From NCBI GenBank assembly GCA_043819135.1, contig JBDRFG010000158.1, forward strand, positions 1-23,473: a stretch of 23,473 nucleotides of DNA. Reading direction: 5' to 3'. This document shows positions 17,474-23,473 of the stretch, one piece after another. The stretch comes from Candidatus Eiseniibacteriota bacterium. Lineage in GTDB: Bacteria > Joyebacterota > Joyebacteria > Joyebacterales > Joyebacteraceae. Position numbers and translations under genes: made by a program. Every line of letters starts with the position of its first letter. The first letter of the stretch is position 1. The notes under the pieces are model-generated. The model had not been told where the DNA came from and did not search any database. It saw only the letters and a list, made by a program, of their open reading frames with translations.

Positions 17474-18451
17474 CTACCTCCGATAGCACACGTAGATGTC
17501 GGTCTCGATCGTCGTGCCTCCAGCGTCGACGTAGTGGTGCGTGAAGTAGAGGTTGCCGTCCGGGTCCATGGCGGGGTCGCCCACGTAGTGCGAGACCATC
17601 TCCTCGGGCTCGGTCCAGCCTCGGTCGATGCGAGTGGTGCGGTAGATCGCGGGGCCGGCGTATCCGAGGTTGCTCCCGAAGCTCGTGTACCAGAGCTCGT
17701 TGCCGTTGGCGGAAAGATACGGCCAGCCGTCGAACGTCGGCGTGTTGACGACGAGCCCCAGGTTGAGCGGCTCCGTCCACCCCCCACCGAATTCGCGGTA
17801 CGACTCCCACAGGTCGTACTCTCCGAAGATGCCATGCGAGGAGTCGCGGTTGTAGACCATCGTGTCACCGCGGGCGGTGAGGTAGACCTCCCCTATCTCG
17901 TAGTCGCGGTTGAGCTCCTCGCCCGCGTTCTCCCAGTTCCAGGACGAGCCGTTCCAGGTAGCGGTGTAGATGTCGCCGTCCTTGTACCCGCCCGACCTGT
18001 ACGACGCGAACCAGAGCGTGCCGTCCTGTTCGCACATCGGACCGTCCAGCGACATGTCATCCGACAGGAACGCGCGCACGGGCTCGCCCCAGCTGAGACC
18101 TGTCCGCTCGCACCACCATATGCCGGTGACGCAGTCGAAGAGCTGCTCCTCCGCCGGGACAGTCGCGTCCGGCGTGAAGAACAGGAACATCGTGTTGCCG
18201 TCCCGGGATATCACCGGCGCGTCCTCCGCCCCGGCCGTGTTCACAGGACCGGGCAAAGGAACGGGGTCGTCCCATTCGACCGAGTGCATCACCGGCGGGT
18301 AGAGATCGGTCTCAGGAGTCTGCTTCACCGCGTCCCAGGGGATCGTTTCCTCGCGAGTGATGTCGAAAGGACATGGCTGGAAGGGGGTGGTGCCACAAGC
18401 GCCGAGAAGGAGCGCCATGCAGACGAAGCACAGGATGAAAGGGACTCTCAC
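17474..18451 (-). CDS. Lipoprotein with PD40/TolB-like beta-propeller repeats
   Basis: Lipobox LLGA-C. Repeats VNTAGAEDAPVISRDGNTMFLFF and VNTPTFDGWPYLSANGNELWYTS, plus SYRSGGY..GDIY. AGGAGG RBS before the GTG. Confidence 0.8.
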   Translation of the reverse strand: MRVPFILCFVCMALLLGACGTTPFQPCPFDITREETIPWDAVKQTPETDLYPPVMHSVEWDDPVPLPGPVNTAGAEDAPVISRDGNTMFLFFTPDATVPAEEQLFDCVTGIWWCERTGLSWGEPVRAFLSDDMSLDGPMCEQDGTLWFASYRSGGYKDGDIYTATWNGSSWNWENAGEELNRDYEIGEVYLTARGDTMVYNRDSSHGIFGEYDLWESYREFGGGWTEPLNLGLVVNTPTFDGWPYLSANGNELWYTSFGSNLGYAGPAIYRTTRIDRGWTEPEEMVSHYVGDPAMDPDGNLYFTHHYVDAGGTTIETDIYVCYRR

Positions 18452-18642
18452 GCGCGCCTCCTATCGCAGGTCGACCAGCACCTGCTGTTCTTGTTCGGGA
18501 GTGGACACCGGTCAGGATACAACGGAGGCGCAGTGGCCGCAACTCTTCGCATCCTCCCGGCTCTTTGACGTCGGCGGAAGCGGCGACTACACACTCTGCA
18601 ACGACTCGTTCGCCGAAGTTCCTGCGCGAGGCGATACAATGG

Positions 18643-18674
18643 AAAGGGCGGGCACCCGATCGGGTCGCCCGCCC
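18643..18674 (-). terminator. Probable intrinsic terminator of the fibre-protein operon
   Basis: Minus strand GGGCGGGC-G-ACCCG-AT-CGGGT-GCCCGCCC hairpin followed by TTT, 26 nt after the stop of the 716-aa gene. Confidence 0.7.
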
Positions 18675-18700
18675 AGTTCCGTACCCTGCGGATTACTGTT

Positions 18701-20851
18701 CTAATCCTCGCTGCTGCGCTCTCGCACCGGCGGCGGCGTCCGCTCGGCCGACGCCGTCCCGCTCGAGATCTCCCGCTCCTCATGATAGTCGACACCCATG
18801 GTCCTGAGCTTGCCGTAGGCCTCGGGGTGCATGTACTTCCCGGCCTCACTCGACGGCTTGTCCACTTCCACCGACATGCGGCTGGCCACGGCCAGCGGGT
18901 CGTGGCGGACGCCCGTCACCTGCCACGAGACCTTCATCCCCGGCTCGCCGCCAGCGATCATGAAGCGGCCGCCCCTGACTTCCTCCGCAACGTAGACGGG
19001 CGCGAACCCGCCGATGCAGGTCAACTGGTACCGGAAGTCCTGATTCAGTGCCTCGAACCAATCCGGCATCTCGACCCACACCTCTCCCCTCGCATCGAGC
19101 GTCGAGTTCCCGTTGTAGATGTTCATCATGTCGTCGCTCTCGACGCACGAGTGCACCAGGTACTTGTTCTCCGGGTCGAGCGGGTGGTCGATCTTGAACG
19201 ACTTCACGCCGGCCGTGAACGTGCCCGTCACGTGCGCGTTGCCCGCGAAGTAGCCGGCGTAGTGCGTGCCGCTGAAAGCATATCCGAAGACGCCGTAGTT
19301 GGTCGCTCCACCCGACGCAGATCCGTAAACGCCGTGGTTGGTGCCGCTGCCCCCAAAAGCGGATCCGTACACACCGCGATAGTCGCCGCCCGCCCCCGGA
19401 ATCACAGACCCCTCAACGCCGCGGTAGCCGCCCACGAACGACCCGCCGATGCCGTAGTTGACGCCGGGCACACTCTCACCATAGACGCCGATCGGATCGT
19501 AGCCGGTACCGAGGCCCGTCGTGACACCACTGAGCGCCTTCGTTGTGGCCGTCACAGCACTCGTACTGACTTCCATTTGGCGCTGATCGGACCCCGTCAC
19601 GCTGACGGCACCCCCGAACTCACCGCCGGAGTTCGAGTCGACGTACCCGTCGCCGTCGACACTGAAATTGATCGCCGTCCCGACCTCACACTCGATGAAC
19701 TGGCAGCCGGTGGGAGAACCCGCGGGGATCTTGAGCTGGAGTACGTCCTGCCCGACTATCGGCATCGCGGTTCGCTCGATGTTGACGACACGGCCGACGC
19801 TCCCTGTTCCGTGCTTAACCTCCAGCGCCTCCTCCGACGTGTCGTTGTAGATCTCGAGCTTCGCCGTAGGAAGCGTCAGGCCGATGCCGACGCGCCCTGG
19901 TACTGCCGAGTAGATGTCGCCCGCTGCAACCACCCAGTCGCCATCGGAGACACCGGCCGCGGGCTGCCACGTGCCGTAGCCGCTGCCGTCGGACGTAAGG
20001 ACGTAGCCGTAGCCGGATCCCGTCTGCATGCGGAACCCGTTCGTCTCGAGCATGTCGTCTATATAGACGCCCATCCCGCCGCCCGAGAAGTAGCCCGCGA
20101 AGTTCGCGGTCGAGTAGCCCCAGACGGCCTTGCCGTTGGCGCTTGAGGCGAACAGGGCATCATCGCCGGAGGACGTGAAGTGGCCACCTCTCGAGGATAC
20201 TCCGCCGGACCCGAACACGGCCGCGGGCACGGCAGGGTAGGATGTCGGAGGTGTCCCGGAGAAGAACGCCCCCGCGGTCCCGCTGTTATTGAGAGCCAGC
20301 ACCGTGAAGTTCGACGTGAGCGAGCCGTTCTCGAACCGCGCGCACCCCGCGTCTCCCGCGAGCACGTCGAGCCTCACGGCGGGCGCGGCCTGCCCGATGC
20401 CGACGTTGCCGAACCCGCGGTGGATGTTGTCCCCGATCGTCTCCCAGTCGTGGTCGTCGACCTCGTCGCAGCTCTCGGCAGAACCGGCGCGGCCCGCGTA
20501 GGGCACGGTTGCCAGCGCTGTCCGGGGTACCAACTCCGCCTCGCCCTCCACCGAGATGCCCAGCCAGTATGGTACGTCGAACGGGAGGGTGTTCAGCGCC
20601 GTGACTGAGCCGAGGGACGCCTCGATGATCCCGCCCGTCGCGTAGAGCGACTGTGTCTCGGTCCAGAGGGTCGTGCCGCCCGTCGACACATCGTAGAGGT
20701 TGAACTCGACGCTGTAGGTTCCGTCGGGAACCGGGTTCCCGGCCGCGTCCCTGAGCACGCCCTGGTAGCTCATGAACGGCGGGATGTCCGCCTGAGCCAG
20801 AACTGGGAAGAGCAGAAGCGCGACGATGCAGATCATTGCTGTCCGTCTCAT
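18701..20851 (-). CDS. Secreted tail-fibre-like protein (716 aa): N-terminal MSYQG domain, GNVGIG segments, GVYG-type repeats, C-terminal FKIDHP domain
   Basis: Signal peptide (..VLAQA-D), IPPFMSYQGVLRD, two DxDW..GxVGIG units, VLTSDGSGYGTWQ connector, Gly-rich GVYG/GVFG repeats, then KSFKIDHPLDPENKYLVHSCVES...PDWFEALN..FRYQLT. Confidence 0.75.
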   Translation of the reverse strand: MRRTAMICIVALLLFPVLAQADIPPFMSYQGVLRDAAGNPVPDGTYSVEFNLYDVSTGGTTLWTETQSLYATGGIIEASLGSVTALNTLPFDVPYWLGISVEGEAELVPRTALATVPYAGRAGSAESCDEVDDHDWETIGDNIHRGFGNVGIGQAAPAVRLDVLAGDAGCARFENGSLTSNFTVLALNNSGTAGAFFSGTPPTSYPAVPAAVFGSGGVSSRGGHFTSSGDDALFASSANGKAVWGYSTANFAGYFSGGGMGVYIDDMLETNGFRMQTGSGYGYVLTSDGSGYGTWQPAAGVSDGDWVVAAGDIYSAVPGRVGIGLTLPTAKLEIYNDTSEEALEVKHGTGSVGRVVNIERTAMPIVGQDVLQLKIPAGSPTGCQFIECEVGTAINFSVDGDGYVDSNSGGEFGGAVSVTGSDQRQMEVSTSAVTATTKALSGVTTGLGTGYDPIGVYGESVPGVNYGIGGSFVGGYRGVEGSVIPGAGGDYRGVYGSAFGGSGTNHGVYGSASGGATNYGVFGYAFSGTHYAGYFAGNAHVTGTFTAGVKSFKIDHPLDPENKYLVHSCVESDDMMNIYNGNSTLDARGEVWVEMPDWFEALNQDFRYQLTCIGGFAPVYVAEEVRGGRFMIAGGEPGMKVSWQVTGVRHDPLAVASRMSVEVDKPSSEAGKYMHPEAYGKLRTMGVDYHEEREISSGTASAERTPPPVRERSSED

Positions 20852-20877
20852 TGATGTCTCCCCTGCCGGTCGACCGG

Positions 20878-21399
20878 CTATTTGATGAGCACGAGCTTCA
20901 TGGTCTCGGTGTAGGTGTCCGCTGTCATGCGCGCGAAGTAGACGCCGCCCGCGAGTCCCGCGGCATCCAGCGTCTCCGAGTAGCGCCCCGGCTCCATGTC
21001 AGCGTCGACGAGCGTCCTGACCTCGCGGCCGGAGACGTCGTAGACCCTGATGGTGACATGCGCCGTCGTGGCCAGCCCGTACGCGATGGTAGTCACGGGA
21101 TTGAACGGGTTCGGGAAGCTCTGGCCGAAGTGCGTGCGGAGCGGCAGCTCCTCGTCATCTACTCCGGTCAGGACCCAACCGGGCATGTACCAGAAGCCGA
21201 TCTCGTTTCTGTAGGATCCGCCTTCGGTCACACCGATGACCGGCTGGCCGACCGTGCCGAGCATCTGATAGCTGCCGCCGGAAGCGTTCGTGCCGCCGCT
21301 GCCGATGACGCTCTCGGTGATCTGGTACTGCGCGGCCGCGGGCGATGCGAACGCCAGCGCGCCCACTAGCGCCACAAATGCAAGTGCGAACCACTTCAT
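20878..21399 (-). CDS. Small secreted protein: short GSGG..GTVGQ..GFW module plus FlgD-Ig/T9SS-type C-terminal domain
   Basis: GGAGGAGG RBS, start MKWFALAF at 21399, signal peptide (..PAAA-Q), QYQITESVIGSGG...YQMLGTVGQPVIG...IGFW, then CTD (FPNPFNP..VYDVSGREV..AGGVYF..KLVLIK). Confidence 0.8.
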   Translation of the reverse strand: MKWFALAFVALVGALAFASPAAAQYQITESVIGSGGTNASGGSYQMLGTVGQPVIGVTEGGSYRNEIGFWYMPGWVLTGVDDEELPLRTHFGQSFPNPFNPVTTIAYGLATTAHVTIRVYDVSGREVRTLVDADMEPGRYSETLDAAGLAGGVYFARMTADTYTETMKLVLIK

Positions 21400-21425
21400 G
21401 CTTAGCCTCCTCCCGGTGTGAAAAC

Positions 21426-22640
21426 CTAGTGCGATGAATTCCATATGCCGCCGCAGCGGTTGTTGTCGTAGTAGATGTCGACTCTCGCCGTCGCGCCGCC
21501 GGCCCACGGCCGGCCCAGTATGACCTCGACATGGTGTGGGTCGTCGGCCGTCGGGATCGTTAGGTCATAGTTCGCGCCGGCGCTCAGCACCGCCCGCGCC
21601 ACCTGCACCCCGTTCAGGTAGTAGGCGTAGCAGGCAGACGCGTCCACGGCGTTTGAGTGGATGCGGAAGAGATTCCGCGCGCCGTTCTGCAGAAGCTGAG
21701 TACCGTTGCAGTCGACGAGGAGCGCGTAGTCAGCATTACAGTTGAACTTGCCGGACTCGAGCGGCGCTACGTAGGGAACCTGCCAGGACGCGCTTCCGGT
21801 GGCGTCGCTAGTGAGCACTTCTCCGCTCGTGGCGCCGGTAGGAAGCCTGAACCCCGTGCAGTTCACCGTTCCGTCGACGTCGAGCGCGTACCCCGGAGAG
21901 GACGTCATGATCCCGACTCGGGCGTTCGTCGCGTCGACCGACAGAAACGGCGTCACGGTGTCAGTGATATGGAAGAAACCGACGGGGTGCAGCCACTGAG
22001 CCCATATCTCTCCCGTGCTCACGTGCAGGTCGCCGCCGACGACGGAGAAGTCGGAATCGTAGATGGCGGAGTCGTCGTAGATGTACGTCCTGTCGAGATT
22101 CGAGGAGCCTGCGACGTACACGTCGTTGTAGAAGTACGCGTCTCCCGTCACTTCTAGCGGGTGATGCGGACGGACCGAGCCCGGGCCGACTCCGACATTG
22201 CCGTCGTGCCAGACGTCACTGCTCTGAATCTCCCAGTCGCCGTCATCGATGATTGCCGTGGGCTTCACCGAATCGGCCACCGCTGCCCGCAGCGCGTAGG
22301 GCGCCGCCGTGAGCTCGCTGCGCGGGGCGAGCTCGGGTTCGGACTCGACCGCGATGCCGAGCCAGTACGGGACGTCGAAATCGATGTCGAGCGCCGTGGA
22401 CGAGCCGAGGACAACGTGAAAGAGCCCGTGGCTGACGTCGACGCTTTGTGTCTCGGTCCAGAGCGGCGTGCCGCCCACCTCGACATCGTAGATGCTGAAG
22501 TCGACGGAATACGAGTCGTCCGGGACGATGTCCCCGGTGGCGTCACGAAGGACACCCTGGTAGCTCATGGTGCGCGGGACGTCTGCATGCGTGGCCACGC
22601 ACAGGGCCAGGACGCAGGCGCAGATGAGAATGAGCCGCAT
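21426..22640 (-). CDS. Secreted tail-fibre-like protein (404 aa), paralogous MSYQG N-domain with a different C-terminal tip
   Basis: GAGGAGG RBS, start MRLILICACV at 22640, signal peptide (..ATHA-D), VPRTMSYQGVLRD, DDGDW..GNVGVG, RVGI...LDVDG, VLTSDATGSASWQ, and a Cys-containing beta-rich C-terminal domain. Confidence 0.75.
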   Translation of the reverse strand: MRLILICACVLALCVATHADVPRTMSYQGVLRDATGDIVPDDSYSVDFSIYDVEVGGTPLWTETQSVDVSHGLFHVVLGSSTALDIDFDVPYWLGIAVESEPELAPRSELTAAPYALRAAVADSVKPTAIIDDGDWEIQSSDVWHDGNVGVGPGSVRPHHPLEVTGDAYFYNDVYVAGSSNLDRTYIYDDSAIYDSDFSVVGGDLHVSTGEIWAQWLHPVGFFHITDTVTPFLSVDATNARVGIMTSSPGYALDVDGTVNCTGFRLPTGATSGEVLTSDATGSASWQVPYVAPLESGKFNCNADYALLVDCNGTQLLQNGARNLFRIHSNAVDASACYAYYLNGVQVARAVLSAGANYDLTIPTADDPHHVEVILGRPWAGGATARVDIYYDNNRCGGIWNSSH

Positions 22641-22726
22641 CGCATTCCTCCTCGCAAAGCGCAGCGCCGCCGTCAGGATGAACTCCTGTGGAGGCCGACT
22701 GACAGAGATTTGACGGTTCAAAACAG

Positions 22727-22755
22727 AGGATACCATCTGAGAAGCAGTCAGTCAA
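22727..22755 (-). promoter_or_regulatory. Sigma70-type promoter (extended -10) of the fibre operon
   Basis: Minus strand TTGACT (22755-22750), 17 nt ending in TGG, TATCCT (22732-22727). Confidence 0.7.
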
Positions 22756-22852
22756 GTACGGCCGGTTTGAGGGCCGATGCTTGGGTGACCGAGCGGGGAC
22801 GCTCAGTGTCCGCGCATGCAACACCCGGTTTCGCCAGCGCGGTGCCGCCGGC

Positions 22853-22881
22853 TTGACGCTGGTGTTCGATTCTGTCACAGT
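22853..22881 (+). promoter_or_regulatory. Possible divergent promoter for the GlpX-like gene
   Basis: TTGACG, 17 nt ending in TGT, CACAGT. The -10 match is weak. Confidence 0.35.
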
Positions 22882-22984
22882 TCGGGCGTTAGTCAGCTAG
22901 GTGATCGATGGACTGGCGCCTGCTCCGGGGGCTCGACACCTATCCTTGCTGGTCACCCGATGATGGGAGCATCCTGTTCCTGTC

Positions 22985-23473
22985 GTGGCCGGACTGCCCA
23001 CAAGACCGAATCCACACCGACAACCACGGAGGTGCGACACGGACGGGAAGCGGCGCGAAAAGCAGGACGTGATCGCCCAATGGGCCTTCGACACACGCCC
23101 GATTCTGGGACGCTTCCACCTGTGGCTGGAGGACGTGGACGTCCAGTGGATCCGGGGCGAGCCTGCCGCAGAGTTCACCCGGGAGATCTCCTTCCTCAGC
23201 GGGCAGATCGAGCGCCTTGTAGCAATGATGGGCGCCGTCACTGCCCTTGGCACCAGACTCTTCGGCCGACATGGCGAAGGCGCGGGCCAGACCAAGGGCA
23301 TCCTCAATCAAGCGAAGAAGGACGCGGACGCCATCTCGGCCTACGCGATGAGCGAGTGCCTGTGGTACCTCACGCGGCACCTGCCCGAGAACCACGCCAT
23401 CCTGGTCGGCCTCGGCGAGGGTCTCATGCCCAAGGCCGGCGAGACGCCGGAGATGGGCTCGAACCCGCAGCTG
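22985..23473 (+). CDS. 3'-truncated CDS, probable divergent class II fructose-1,6-bisphosphatase (GlpX-like); start uncertain (GTG 22985 or 23069)
   Basis: Manual translation is open to the window end: ...AVTALGTRLFGRHGEG..KKDADAISAYAMSECL..HAILVGLGEGLMPK..ETPEMGSNPQL. This parallels the GlpX pattern G.G.K..AD..A..AM...L.......V.IGEG....APML. Confidence 0.55.
   Translation, partial: MAGLPTRPNPHRQPRRCDTDGKRREKQDVIAQWAFDTRPILGRFHLWLEDVDVQWIRGEPAAEFTREISFLSGQIERLVAMMGAVTALGTRLFGRHGEGAGQTKGILNQAKKDADAISAYAMSECLWYLTRHLPENHAILVGLGEGLMPKAGETPEMGSNPQL

Noticed and set aside
18448..18552. Small Cys-containing ORF overlapping the lipoprotein start
   Set aside because: The RBS spacing is poor, no motif is recognisable, and it is probably untranslated leader sequence.
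20723..20743. Palindrome GTCGGGAACC-G-GGTTCCCGGC similar to the leader hairpin cores
   Set aside because: It lies within coding sequence (AGNPVPD) and is explained by codon choice.
18701..22640. Prophage or eCIS/tailocin tail-fibre locus
   Set aside because: The proteins have Sec signal peptides, and the window has no sheath, tube, baseplate, capsid or integrase genes.

Overview
GC-rich bacterial window with no mobile element, CRISPR array, rRNA or tRNA recognised. The many secreted proteins with FlgD/T9SS-type or 'TWxxIKxxFR' C-termini suggest an FCB-related lineage such as Ca. Eisenbacteria or Krumholzibacteriota (inference only). Left to right: (1) the 3' end of a multidomain secreted protein; (2) an apparent operon of an NDP-sugar/NTP transferase, a glycyl-radical activase broken by an internal deletion plus frameshift, and an intact HypD-type glycyl radical enzyme (trans-4-hydroxy-L-proline dehydratase); (3) a heterodimeric ABC exporter pair with a 21-bp duplicated translational-coupling site between the genes; (4) an ABC ATPase plus an ABC-2 permease/M1 aminopeptidase fusion; (5) a secreted protein ending in TWASIKAMFR; (6) an alkaline-phosphatase-superfamily phosphodiesterase preceded by a 92-nt rod-like leader hairpin; (7) a PD40/TolB-like lipoprotein; (8) a three-gene promoter-to-terminator unit of two signal-peptide-bearing, tail-fibre-like proteins that share an N-terminal 'MSYQG' domain and flank a small 'GSGG..GTVGQ..GFW'+CTD protein; (9) the start of a divergent GlpX-like gene missing from the ORF track. 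The three-gene fibre unit is the best candidate for an uncharacterised system.
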